Positions 32,900 to 41,744 of a DNA stretch of 46,609 nucleotides are shown piece by piece. The notes under the pieces are model-generated. The model was not told the DNA's origin. It saw only the letters and a program-made list of their open reading frames with translations, and made no database searches. The stretch is from a virus, in IMG/VR virus record IMGVR_UViG_3300045988_056617, positions 1 through 46,609 of that record. The stretch is one strand, 5' to 3'. The position numbers and the translations under genes were made by a program. The number at the start of each line of letters is the position of its first letter. Position 1 is the stretch's first letter.

Positions 32900-33751
32900 T
32901 TAAATTGATTTGATGGCTCTATCGTTGATTATCTTAATCAACTCACCGTACTGCTTTGAGGCTTTATCTAATTTTGATTGCAATTTCTCAGATTTAGCCA
33001 CATATTTTTTAACTAAATCTTTCTGCGCTTCAAGTTCTTTCCTCAGTTTTAAAATATTGTTCATTTGAGTGGCTATTGTATCTACTTGATTCTGATAGCA
33101 CCTATTAAAATACTCAATTTTTGTATTATACCTCTTTTCGGCTTCAAGTCTTAGCTCTTCCGCTTCTTCCTCTCCCATTGTTAACTTGGCATTGGTTAGT
33201 AAATCGTCTATGTGTAACGCTTGCAAAGCCTCGTTTAGCTTTAGTCTGTCATTCTCCCGTCTGCATAACTCGTTATCCTCCTCCAACAATTTCCCGTTTG
33301 CTCTCTCAGCCTTCAATTCATCTACAATACCTCTCACAGAGTTGCATTCAACTTCTTTCAGCATTGAGAAAATTTCATCCATTACAAACTTATGATGTCT
33401 TTGCGCACTATCTCTTTCTCTCTCAGCGTCCAATCTCTTTGCTGTTTCCTCCCTCCATTTGCGAATTAAATCATTTCTTTGCTTTTTTTCATGCTCGTAA
33501 CTTTCTCGCATATGCGAATATTCCTCTTTCAGTTTTTCGAGTTCCGGAGATGCCTTCACTTGTTTTCTTTCAACTCCGGTTATATCGCATACCAACGTAT
33601 GAAAATCTAAACTTTCTGTCAGATACTCCAAAAGAACTACTTTCGTTTGGTCTGTCAAACCTATCTTTGTAGGCGTGGATAATTTACCTACGAATGCATC
33701 ACCCGAATACGTTGTTTCATACATCCCTGTGCTACTTACTTTCTTTTCCAT
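32900..33751 (-). CDS. Hypothetical coiled-coil protein
   Basis: 283 aa, long Glu/Lys/Arg/Leu-rich heptad-like stretches. Confidence 0.6.
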   Translation of the reverse strand: MEKKVSSTGMYETTYSGDAFVGKLSTPTKIGLTDQTKVVLLEYLTESLDFHTLVCDITGVERKQVKASPELEKLKEEYSHMRESYEHEKKQRNDLIRKWREETAKRLDAERERDSAQRHHKFVMDEIFSMLKEVECNSVRGIVDELKAERANGKLLEEDNELCRRENDRLKLNEALQALHIDDLLTNAKLTMGEEEAEELRLEAEKRYNTKIEYFNRCYQNQVDTIATQMNNILKLRKELEAQKDLVKKYVAKSEKLQSKLDKASKQYGELIKIINDRAIKSI

Positions 33752-33755
33752 GTTA

Positions 33756-34463
33756 TTACAATTTTACGTTATTGATTAATTTTAAAAAGTGATCTCTACC
33801 TTTTGCAGTTACCAGTGTTTGAGTCCCTGCCTTTTCACCTTTCGCCCATTCCTTTAGCTCAAAAAAGCTACCCACATGCTTGGCGACTGGCTTTAACTTT
33901 CCTTTCTGGTCTCTGTAAATGTACTTCTTGTCAATCAGAAAAAAGATAAATGCTTTTTCAGACACGCCTAACAGCTTTGCTGTATCTCTAAAATTGGTTA
34001 GTCCGTTCCGGTCTACTATTTCATCAAAGTATTCCGCTTTCGGCTTCATATCCTTGTTCTCAATCTGTAACCGTTCGTTTTCCTCCACTTTGTCTGCAAG
34101 TTGCCTTAAAGCCTCAGCATAGCTTGGAAGTTTAGGTTTAACTGAATAACTTCCAGTTCTGCGAATTGATGGTAGAATTTCCGAAGTGATCCACTTTCTA
34201 AACTTTTTGGCTTCTGACTTGCGGGAATCAAGTATTACGTCATACAAACCGTCTTCATTGACGAAATTAGCTTGCTGAATTCCTCCCGCTGTTAAAAGGG
34301 GGTACTTTGAAAGTACATCCTCTTCCAAACGTTGGGCTACCTTGCTTGGAGTAAGGTCTAATACCATACAAAGGTCTGCCAAACAAAACATTGGTTCGCC
34401 GCTATCGTTCATTGCAATTCTTACTTGTCCAAATTGCTCGTTTTCAAAAATCTTTAATTCCAT
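33756..34463 (-). CDS. Bro-N domain fused to a KilAC (ANT) antirepressor domain
   Basis: N-terminus FENEQFGQVRIAMNDSGEPMFCLADLCMVLDL...NFVNEDGLYDVILDSRKSEAKKFRKWITSEILPSIRRTG is Bro-N. C-terminus ...NFRDTAKLLGVSEKAFIFFLIDKKYIYRD...TAKGRDHFLKL is KilAC-like. Confidence 0.8.
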   Translation of the reverse strand: MELKIFENEQFGQVRIAMNDSGEPMFCLADLCMVLDLTPSKVAQRLEEDVLSKYPLLTAGGIQQANFVNEDGLYDVILDSRKSEAKKFRKWITSEILPSIRRTGSYSVKPKLPSYAEALRQLADKVEENERLQIENKDMKPKAEYFDEIVDRNGLTNFRDTAKLLGVSEKAFIFFLIDKKYIYRDQKGKLKPVAKHVGSFFELKEWAKGEKAGTQTLVTAKGRDHFLKLINNVKL

Positions 34464-34513
34464 ATTTCATAATTGTTATTTCATAGGTGGCATTTCTGCC
34501 ACCCTGTTTACTA

Positions 34514-34654
34514 CTATTTTTCTATCACTGTTATAAATTCACATTTAGCCCAAAGATTAAAATCGTTGCTTTCCATGTACTTTTTATTGTTAGCTTCAAT
34601 TTCTTTTGCTTCTTTCTCGCTAATCTCTTTACCGTTTACAAAATATCTTTTCAT
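34514..34654 (-). CDS. Small ORF (46 aa) behind module D, not in the ORF track
   Basis: Hand translation: MKRYFVNGKEISEKEAKEIEANNKKYMESNDFNLWAKCEFITVIEK*. The conserved leader motif lies 14-30 nt upstream of its ATG. Confidence 0.4.
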   Translation of the reverse strand: MKRYFVNGKEISEKEAKEIEANNKKYMESNDFNLWAKCEFITVIEK

Positions 34655-34684
34655 GTCCTTGTTATTTAATTGTTACTACTTTGT

Positions 34685-34837
34685 CATTCATCGAAAGATT
34701 TGGGCTTTATAGCTTCATTTAATCGGATACCGAACCTTCATTTGACCCTTCGTAGATACCGTTGCTTATTTTCTACTCTTACGAACTTAATCTTTCAACA
34801 ATCTTTTTGCGTCTTGGTTAGATTGTGGGGTCTTTCG
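34685..34837 (-). other. 153-nt insertion splitting the leader of module D from its promoter
   Basis: Modules A-C have about 12 nt between ...ctttgt and ...ctgcaaatata. Module D has about 153 nt, flanked by the inverted heptamers cgaaaga (34692-34698) and tctttcg (34831-34837). Confidence 0.6.
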
Positions 34838-34915
34838 TTGTTTGACATTGCAAATATAAGCATAACTTTTGAAACACAAAGCAAAACTTTAAGCTTTAAC
34901 ACTTATTTAACACAA
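34838..34915 (-). promoter_or_regulatory. Promoter module D (its leader motif is displaced to 34668-34684)
   Basis: caaatata at 34851-34858 (-7). caaa at 34877-34880 (-33, 18-nt spacer). The stretch 34851-34912 is almost identical to 1279-1340. Confidence 0.7.
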
Positions 34916-34946
34916 AAGGGGATATATACATATATATATATTCCCC
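34911..34946 (-). terminator. Rho-independent terminator after the neck genes
   Basis: ggggatatata (34918-34928) pairs with tatatattcccc (34935-46). The tail is UUUUGUGUU. Confidence 0.65.
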
Positions 34947-34954
34947 TTATCGTA

Positions 34955-35524
34955 TTATTGGTAGCATGCCTCCGGTGCAATCATATCACACACAAAACGT
35001 AGACAAGCATAAGGATATACGTAGAATTGATTGTCGGTTTTCTCAATACTAAAGCCGTCATACACATTCTTTGCATCATTAAATATCCGCTTAACGTTCA
35101 AACCTCCGTATGACAATTCAAGTTCATGCGTTAACGCTCGTAATATGCGTTGTTTGACGAACTCAACATTATACCCCTCTGCACCGGGAATTGTCCGGGT
35201 GTCGAACCAGAATATAATACTTACCTCACCTTTCAAATCACCGAAACCGAACGCTCCGTTATCCTCGTAATCTTGCGAGTCATGGATATAAAAAAAGCAG
35301 GTGTTGCCGTATTTGTCATTCGGTTCTAACCTCAAATAGTCTTTGTCCTTGTAATAAACGGACGGAGTGACGAACTTTCCTTTCTCCGTTCGCTCCACTA
35401 ACTTATATGCGCCACCAAACGCATAATTTAGCCATTGTAGCGACTTTGTTAGGCTAACCTGTACATTTCCTATCACTTCATCGAAAAGTACCGCATTCGG
35501 CCTTAAAATAACTCTATCTTTCAT
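34955..35524 (-). CDS. Hypothetical structural (head-tail region) protein
   Basis: ORF track, 189 aa. Position only. Confidence 0.55.
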   Translation of the reverse strand: MKDRVILRPNAVLFDEVIGNVQVSLTKSLQWLNYAFGGAYKLVERTEKGKFVTPSVYYKDKDYLRLEPNDKYGNTCFFYIHDSQDYEDNGAFGFGDLKGEVSIIFWFDTRTIPGAEGYNVEFVKQRILRALTHELELSYGGLNVKRIFNDAKNVYDGFSIEKTDNQFYVYPYACLRFVCDMIAPEACYQ

Positions 35525-35966
35525 TTAGTATCTCCTTTACTTTTTTTGCCGCTTCGTCTTTCACATAATCGTCAATAAATTCAGCGAGCGATTCATTAGT
35601 TAAACCGAATATCTCAGCACCGTATTTCTTAATCAGCCAGTCTGTTTTTTCGTCTGAGGCTTTAATATAAAATCTGTCCCCAGCCGTTTCAACATAAAAA
35701 GAGTCGTAAAACTCCCCTGTATCCTTTAGAGTTACCCGGTCATACGGTTGCCGCTTCTCTATCTTAACCTTTATAGTGAAAGGGCTGTACGGCCTATATT
35801 CATCTATACGGACTCCCAACCTGTTAACACCTTTGGCGAATAACTGATCTTGTGCGTTCATGTCGATAAGAATGTTATCGTTATCCCGCACAATTTCCTT
35901 TGCTATTCGTCCTGAGTCTAAAGCCTCTTTCACTTTCTTAACTCTATCTAATAAGTTTGTTATCAT
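35514..35966 (-). CDS. Hypothetical structural (head-tail region) protein
   Basis: ORF track, 150 aa. Position only. Confidence 0.55.
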   Translation of the reverse strand: MITNLLDRVKKVKEALDSGRIAKEIVRDNDNILIDMNAQDQLFAKGVNRLGVRIDEYRPYSPFTIKVKIEKRQPYDRVTLKDTGEFYDSFYVETAGDRFYIKASDEKTDWLIKKYGAEIFGLTNESLAEFIDDYVKDEAAKKVKEILNER

Positions 35967-37267
35967 GTCGATTTAAATCTGATACCACCGTTCCGGCAAG
36001 TCAAGCATATTCTATCCATACCTTTAGTATCTACGCTTAACGCTTTCATTGCTTGGTTCAACTGATGTCCGATACCCTGCGCACGACCCTGTGATACACC
36101 GTCAACCTCGTATAAGATTGATTCTCTATCAATGTTCAATTGATTAGCATTCTGCCGGACGTTCGGATTCAAAGCAAGTTCACGGAGGATATAAGCAGCC
36201 ATCTGCAAAGAAAGAGCGTTCGCAAATACAAGTCTTTCGCTTATGATGAAGTCTGTTATGTCACAAGCTACCGTAAACTGCACATTCATTCCGTAACACG
36301 TTGCGGGGGTATAGACGCTTGATTGAATGTCAAACAGATTTTCACCGTTCTTTGCGTCGTTCCGGAAAGGTGATATTTGAATATACTTTGTTAGCTCTCT
36401 CCATGCCTGTACACTGCCAACGTTACAAGTTCCGCACGGCTCTGTGCTGAAGTCTTTAGCCATGTTGATTGCAAATACATCATACGGCAATTGTTCTTGA
36501 TCATAGCACAGATACCATGTGCCGCCCGGTGACGTTGCCTCAGAAATATAAGGTAAAAATGCGTCCGGTACATCAAACCATTGATAAGACCCATTACCCG
36601 TATAACTCAAGTCGAATGTATATATAGGCTGAGGCTGTGAGCTATGAAAGAGATACATTTTAACCTTTACTGGCTTAGTAAACTGCAAACCTATCCTTTC
36701 TACCTTTGTAGTCACACCCATCGCCCGAACTGGCAATATTTCATATCCTACCATGCTCTTTGTAGGGTCAATTTGGTTAGTGTAGTAGCCCGAACCGTCA
36801 AACAGTGGCCTACGCTCTAACAGCGTCTTTGTTTCCCCGGCTATCGTCTTTTCCGTGATAAATTTAGTGATAGTAGCCGTTATTGCTTTTTCGTTTAACT
36901 CTCTGAGGTAATCGGACAAAGGGTTATATCTCTCCCAGTTTCGACCTCCCTCTGAGGGCTGCCCTCCGGTTGTTCCGTTTGTAGCCATCCATACAGACGG
37001 TTTCGACAATAGAGGATCACTGTTAAACCTCACCTTGTCACCGACCGCATAAGTCTTTGTATCGCTGTATTCCGGATACTTCTTATAGTAGTCTAACGGC
37101 ATTATAGATGATATGTTTTCAAGCGTCACAAGCGGGTGAACGTCTTGATAGGAAATACCGCTTTCAGACGTTGTTAGTTCGGTGTCTATCTGATTGTCTA
37201 AATCGTATGACTGCCTCCAACCTACTACGTTTTTCAAACTGTCTTTTATGTCTTTGATTCTGTACAT
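35963..37267 (-). CDS. Hypothetical structural protein (434 aa; start trimmed to 37267)
   Basis: The track start at 37318 would place the first 17 codons inside the capsid-gene terminator hairpin. MYRIKDIKDSL starts at 37267. Confidence 0.6.
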   Translation of the reverse strand: MYRIKDIKDSLKNVVGWRQSYDLDNQIDTELTTSESGISYQDVHPLVTLENISSIMPLDYYKKYPEYSDTKTYAVGDKVRFNSDPLLSKPSVWMATNGTTGGQPSEGGRNWERYNPLSDYLRELNEKAITATITKFITEKTIAGETKTLLERRPLFDGSGYYTNQIDPTKSMVGYEILPVRAMGVTTKVERIGLQFTKPVKVKMYLFHSSQPQPIYTFDLSYTGNGSYQWFDVPDAFLPYISEATSPGGTWYLCYDQEQLPYDVFAINMAKDFSTEPCGTCNVGSVQAWRELTKYIQISPFRNDAKNGENLFDIQSSVYTPATCYGMNVQFTVACDITDFIISERLVFANALSLQMAAYILRELALNPNVRQNANQLNIDRESILYEVDGVSQGRAQGIGHQLNQAMKALSVDTKGMDRICLTCRNGGIRFKST

Positions 37268-37280
37268 GTTATACTGAATT

Positions 37281-37311
37281 AAAAAAGGGAAGGGATTTTG
37301 TTTCCCCTCCC
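37281..37311 (-). terminator. Rho-independent terminator after the major capsid gene
   Basis: gggaaggga (37287-37295) pairs with tcccctccc (37303-37311) with one mismatch. The tail is UUUUUUAAUU. Confidence 0.7.
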
Positions 37312-37341
37312 TTTTCATTAAACATCTATTTTAGTTTCTCG

Positions 37342-38541
37342 CTATGCTCCTGCCGAGGTTTTCACGTTAAGTACATCACCTTCCGCTGAAGCTGCCTCAC
37401 CTTTCACTTGAGCAATATTGGCATCAAGCGCACCACCCTCACCGGGGACTCCTACTTGTGCAGCGTTCGTAATGTAAACTGGTGTACCTCCAAACTGTGA
37501 ACCGTCTTTCTTAATTTCAACCTTCATAACCGGGTTGGAAACAGTTTTCGGTGCTGAGTTGTAAGCTACAACGAAAGCAATATCAACAGAGAAACCGTAG
37601 TGCTCCTTGATGTTACATGTCATGTCAGCAGTTGCTGCGCCTGCGATTTTTGACTGATCACCTACCGACTCGTAGTAATGTGTACCGACTTGGAAGCCTG
37701 CAAACGGGAAGTTGATAACGTCCCATTCGTGACCTGCTTTAGAGGTTGCTCGTCTGAGGGCTTCACGGTCAACACGGGTCAACATACCAACATTACCGCT
37801 TTCAACTGCGTAGAATTGAGCAAAGTTTTCGCTTTCCAAAACCATGTTATTTGTAAAGTGGAAAATCTTATTTGCATATTCCAGTTGCTTGTTAACATCG
37901 TTGTAGATTCCGTGTTGTTCCAACTTCCGAACAATAGCGTCTACACCTGTATCACCTACGATATGAAGTTGGCCGGAATAGTCCATAGAACGGAACATCG
38001 GGTGCAAATCTCCGAGGATGTCATTACGCTGCATGTAATTCACCTGCACATCGTTTGCTGTCTGAGTGTAGTAAAGCAGGTTGCCGAACTTCTGCGTTTT
38101 AGCTGCTTCCAGTGCTGCGATAGCGTCCTTATCAACTTGATCCAAGAATTTACGAGAAGATTTAAGCATTTTCTTTTCAAAATCTTTCTGATAGTCGATT
38201 TCGTTGTTGTTAAACATAGTCGGAACCATCGTAAAACCGAAAGCGTATGTTTTCCATACAACAGCCATCAGTTTAGAGGTGTTCTCAGCGTCCTCAATGA
38301 CGCATGTGCGTTCGTTTGCAACTGTGACAGTACCGTCATAATCAATCACCGGAATTTTGATGTCTGTACCCATAGACGAGAAAGCACGTCTTTTAGTTTC
38401 ATCCGTCAACATCGAATCAGGTGCATTCGTCTGAGAAAGGAAAAAGTCAAGAGCACCCCACTCTGTGAGGCGGCTCATGTTCTTGTCAACTTGCGGATTC
38501 CTCAACCGCATTTCCTGTGTACGTGTAGCAATTAAGCTCAT
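37342..38541 (-). CDS. Major capsid protein (by position and size)
   Basis: 399 aa, directly after the scaffold-like gene and followed by a strong terminator. Family not verified. Confidence 0.6.
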   Translation of the reverse strand: MSLIATRTQEMRLRNPQVDKNMSRLTEWGALDFFLSQTNAPDSMLTDETKRRAFSSMGTDIKIPVIDYDGTVTVANERTCVIEDAENTSKLMAVVWKTYAFGFTMVPTMFNNNEIDYQKDFEKKMLKSSRKFLDQVDKDAIAALEAAKTQKFGNLLYYTQTANDVQVNYMQRNDILGDLHPMFRSMDYSGQLHIVGDTGVDAIVRKLEQHGIYNDVNKQLEYANKIFHFTNNMVLESENFAQFYAVESGNVGMLTRVDREALRRATSKAGHEWDVINFPFAGFQVGTHYYESVGDQSKIAGAATADMTCNIKEHYGFSVDIAFVVAYNSAPKTVSNPVMKVEIKKDGSQFGGTPVYITNAAQVGVPGEGGALDANIAQVKGEAASAEGDVLNVKTSAGA

Positions 38542-38587
38542 AATAATCTGTTTTTAAAGTTTATAAATATGGGTATCCCCTTTGTTT

Positions 38588-39505
38588 TTACTGTAACGGC
38601 AGGTTTTGAATATCATTCTCTTGCCAAATGGTATTGAGTTCTGTTTGATACTCTTCCGAACCAACTGTCAGACCTTTTCCGGCAAGGTATTTATGCGCAA
38701 CCTCCTGCGCCTCTACCTTAGTTTTACAGCCTGTCAGATCAATTGCGGTTGGCGTTCCTTTTCCGCCTCCTTTGCCTCCTGCGCCTCCCACGGTTCTACC
38801 TTCATCGAGGACACCGAACGGCTTTAATTTCTCTGTTAAAAGCTCTGAAACTGAATAAGGATTCAGACCGTTTGCCGGATTGTTGTAAGGTACACCGTCT
38901 TTCATAAACACAATGCTCTCTTTACCGTCTTTCTCGACAATTGTAGGAGTAAACTCAGTTTTCAGATCGTTAACTGCTTGCTGTTTGATAATATTCAACA
39001 TAGCGTCATTAACTCCCTTTCCAAACTTCATGCTGCCTAAAGCCTGTGTAATATGGGAAGTGATCTTATAATCGGATAGCTTGTTTGAGAACTCTTTTTC
39101 TTTCTCTGTAAGCTGATTTGTTAACTCCGAATACTTCGTCTTAGTATCGTTTAACTCAGCCTGCAAAGCTGCTATTTTCTCGTTATCCTTATCACCTGCC
39201 TTCTTTGCTTTTTCGGCCTCAAGTTCTGTTTTAAGGTCTGAAATAGTCTTTTCAAACTTAGCAGAATCGACAGAAGAAAGTTTGTTCTTTCCGAACTCCA
39301 CAGCCTTTTCAAATGTGAGGTCTGTAACATCGTCAATGCCGAACGCTTGACTCAGTGATAAAGTTGCTTTTGCACGTTCCTCTTTGACTTTCGTCTGAAC
39401 AACCTGTACCTCGTCATTCTGAGAAAGAGTAGCAATAGCGTTCAACTGTTCATCTGTTAGCTCCGAAAAAGCTTTATTTTGTTTTAGAATATCTACCGTT
39501 AACAT
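38588..39505 (-). CDS. Scaffolding protein
   Basis: 305 aa with a central coiled coil (ELEAEKAKKAGDKDNEKIAALQAELNDTKTKYSELTNQLTEKEKEF) and a Gly-rich segment. It lies upstream of the capsid gene. Confidence 0.6.
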   Translation of the reverse strand: MLTVDILKQNKAFSELTDEQLNAIATLSQNDEVQVVQTKVKEERAKATLSLSQAFGIDDVTDLTFEKAVEFGKNKLSSVDSAKFEKTISDLKTELEAEKAKKAGDKDNEKIAALQAELNDTKTKYSELTNQLTEKEKEFSNKLSDYKITSHITQALGSMKFGKGVNDAMLNIIKQQAVNDLKTEFTPTIVEKDGKESIVFMKDGVPYNNPANGLNPYSVSELLTEKLKPFGVLDEGRTVGGAGGKGGGKGTPTAIDLTGCKTKVEAQEVAHKYLAGKGLTVGSEEYQTELNTIWQENDIQNLPLQ

Positions 39506-39906
39506 TACTTACCTCCTTTCTTTTCTTCCTTTTTCAACTCAGCAAGAACCTTTTGTCTTTCTTCCTCTCTAATCTTTTCTCTCAGCTCCTCTAAAGCCCG
39601 TTCTTGCTTTGCTTTTTCAACCTGTTCTGAATATTCCTGCATATCCTTTGCATACTTTCGGGGATCGTGCACAATTCTAATATTGTAGCCTCCTCGACTC
39701 AAATACGGGTAAACTATCATTTCAAATGTTAAAGGTCTGTATTTCTGCAATACTGGTGAAAATACCCTCGCACCAGTATTCGGGTCAAACTGTGACCTTT
39801 CTTGAATCACGTGATAGCGACCTTTTTCATTTTCCGGACACAGATAATTTTCTGCTGTCACCTTATCAAGCGGATGCTCCGGGTAAAGTGGTCTGTTCAT
39901 TTGCAT
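39505..39906 (-). CDS. Hypothetical protein with Lys/Glu-rich tail
   Basis: ORF track, 133 aa. Confidence 0.55.
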   Translation of the reverse strand: MQMNRPLYPEHPLDKVTAENYLCPENEKGRYHVIQERSQFDPNTGARVFSPVLQKYRPLTFEMIVYPYLSRGGYNIRIVHDPRKYAKDMQEYSEQVEKAKQERALEELREKIREEERQKVLAELKKEEKKGGK

Positions 39907-41593
39907 AACGTTTTAATGTTTCTAAAATTTTGTTTATCTTATTAGAGTAATCAATATTAGAGCCAAACTCTATAATATTCATGTTCTCTCTTTCAAATCT
40001 ACGCACAAATGTAGGCAAGTTTAGTTTTATCCGCAAATCTTCCTCACTTATAACGTTTTCTTTATACAAGTTAATTGCTTCTTCCCTCGTTAAGTGAGAA
40101 TAAGGCTCAATCTCTTTCAAGATTAATAACCTTTGCATTTGTGTTGGGTCATGCCTATACTCTGTTTCGATTATCTGTGTACGCATAGCGTCTAACTCGC
40201 TTTCGCTTGCTCCCGATTCTTTGAGTACTTTGTATCTCTCTGCAAGTTGTTCCGGTGTATAGATATAGAACTCAGTCCCGTAGTTAATTGAACATGAAAC
40301 GAAAGTATTCCCGTATCTCAGTCGGCAAACAGTTGCGTCTACAAAGCATTGTGCTTCCTCAAAGCCTCGTTTAATCCGGTTTAGAATCGTTGTTTGACTC
40401 TCGAATGAAGCCTGTACTTGCTTCTCGTTTACGGCTGTTTCCTTCTGAACTTCGCCGCCTACGCCAGTCACAGAGGTAATAATGTTCTTCTTTAAACGCT
40501 CTTCTTCAGACACGTTGTACTGCAAAGCAGATACGTCGGCTGTTAGCATTTTGATAGGGTCTGATAAGTCCGGTTGCTGCTCGTTTGGTACTGGTATCTC
40601 TACATACGATCCCGCGCCGCTCAGCCGCTTCGACGAACATACTGGACATTTCATAGGCTGACCGTCCATGTCTGCAATATATTCACCCTTATCACCGATT
40701 AAGAAACCGTGTCCGTTACACCTCTCTTTGCCTCCGTTTGCGACATAATCGCAGTCTTGTTCATATCCGGAATAAATCGGATACGCACCGTACAAATCAA
40801 GATGTTTTTTTGCAGTTGATTGATACAGATACCAATCAAGCGAATCAAGTACTTTGGTAAGCGGGCTTTTCTTTATATCCGGTTCTTGCAATGATATAGA
40901 GTCAGACCAAAAGAAACGCGAAGGGCAATAACCTAAATCATGCGTACTTTCAACCTCCAATGTGAGTGAATTGTTCTTTTCTACTTTAAAACGTCTATAA
41001 AAAACATCATCAATCTGAATCAGTCTTTCATCATTCGTCTTGAACATTATCCACGACATCAGGTTATTATCCTCCTTGGTAGTTTCATAACTTACCACTG
41101 AGGCAATATCAATGAAGTAAAAGTAAGGTTCTGGTTTGTCACCCTGCTGCACCTCTGGCAAATCAATTACAAGAACTGAGTTAATTCTATCCTTGAAATT
41201 ATCCCAACCATCAGTAGCCCAAACATGCGGCTCTTTTAGCACTTCTTGTCTGTAATACTCCCAGTCATCACGATCTTCCGAGTCGGTAAATTGGTAATTA
41301 AATGCAGGATTCCGACCGTCAAACACTCGACTCAATTTATCGAATATTTCACTCGTAACCTCGTTTGTCTTTACCGGGAAATGAAACATAGAGTTAAATA
41401 TCTCGTATTTGTCCGGTGCTATCCACATCTTCACCCGGTTAAGGAAATCTAAAGCAGGCTTTGTGCGTACATCATCAACCTTTACCCTTGCGTGGAATGC
41501 TATTCGTTCCTCCTGTTCCCTCGCTTTCTGTATCCACTTCCGATTTATCGGCTTTTTGAATATCTCCCGTATTTCTTCGACTGATTTTCCCAT
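39866..41593 (-). CDS. Putative portal protein (alternative start at 41428)
   Basis: 575 aa, the largest head-module protein downstream of the terminase. Called by position and size only. Confidence 0.5.
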   Translation of the reverse strand: MGKSVEEIREIFKKPINRKWIQKAREQEERIAFHARVKVDDVRTKPALDFLNRVKMWIAPDKYEIFNSMFHFPVKTNEVTSEIFDKLSRVFDGRNPAFNYQFTDSEDRDDWEYYRQEVLKEPHVWATDGWDNFKDRINSVLVIDLPEVQQGDKPEPYFYFIDIASVVSYETTKEDNNLMSWIMFKTNDERLIQIDDVFYRRFKVEKNNSLTLEVESTHDLGYCPSRFFWSDSISLQEPDIKKSPLTKVLDSLDWYLYQSTAKKHLDLYGAYPIYSGYEQDCDYVANGGKERCNGHGFLIGDKGEYIADMDGQPMKCPVCSSKRLSGAGSYVEIPVPNEQQPDLSDPIKMLTADVSALQYNVSEEERLKKNIITSVTGVGGEVQKETAVNEKQVQASFESQTTILNRIKRGFEEAQCFVDATVCRLRYGNTFVSCSINYGTEFYIYTPEQLAERYKVLKESGASESELDAMRTQIIETEYRHDPTQMQRLLILKEIEPYSHLTREEAINLYKENVISEEDLRIKLNLPTFVRRFERENMNIIEFGSNIDYSNKINKILETLKRYANEQTTLPGASA

Positions 41594-41744
41594 CCTGTTT
41601 TAAATAATAGCCTTCACCCTCTGTTATTTCCCACCCTCCTCTGGGAAACATCGACAAAAGACGTTCGGCATGTTCAACTTCAAATAAACGAGTTTCCCCC
41701 AACTCTTTACAAGTGAGGGAAACCATTGTTTTTTTAGCATTCAT
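41475..41744 (-). CDS. Hypothetical protein overlapping the portal ORF by 119 nt
   Basis: ORF track, 89 aa. Its C-terminal 40 aa are low-complexity and lie out of frame over the portal 5' end. Confidence 0.4.
   Translation of the reverse strand: MNAKKTMVSLTCKELGETRLFEVEHAERLLSMFPRGGWEITEGEGYYLKQDGKISRRNTGDIQKADKSEVDTESEGTGGTNSIPRKGKG

Noticed and set aside
34725-34736. tRNA-like T-loop (GGTTCGGTATCC on the minus strand) inside the cassette D insertion.
   Set aside because: The flanking sequence does not form a T stem, acceptor stem or anticodon arm. No cloverleaf could be drawn.
34922-34942. (TA)n-like tract atatatacatatatatatat as a microsatellite or CRISPR-like repeat.
   Set aside because: It forms the stem of the terminator hairpin between GGGG and CCCC. 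It is a single copy with no spacer-repeat organisation.
37678-38535. Long plus-strand ORFs: 285 aa antisense to the capsid gene, plus 27220..27786, 28819..29373, 33121..33672, 16220..16663, 15509..15973 and the other plus-strand entries.
   Set aside because: All lie antisense to well-supported minus-strand genes. Their products are low-complexity or Ser/Leu/Phe/Cys-rich, as expected from reverse-complemented codons. They have no upstream TAnnTTTG box or terminator and show no gene-to-gene packing.
41598-41604. Canonical-looking slippery heptamer U UUA AAA in the 89-aa ORF just before the portal ATG, which could fuse the two ORFs by -1 frameshifting.
   Set aside because: The portal frame is +1 relative to the small ORF, not -1. 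The -1 frame leads elsewhere, and the portal frame has a TAA immediately upstream of its ATG.
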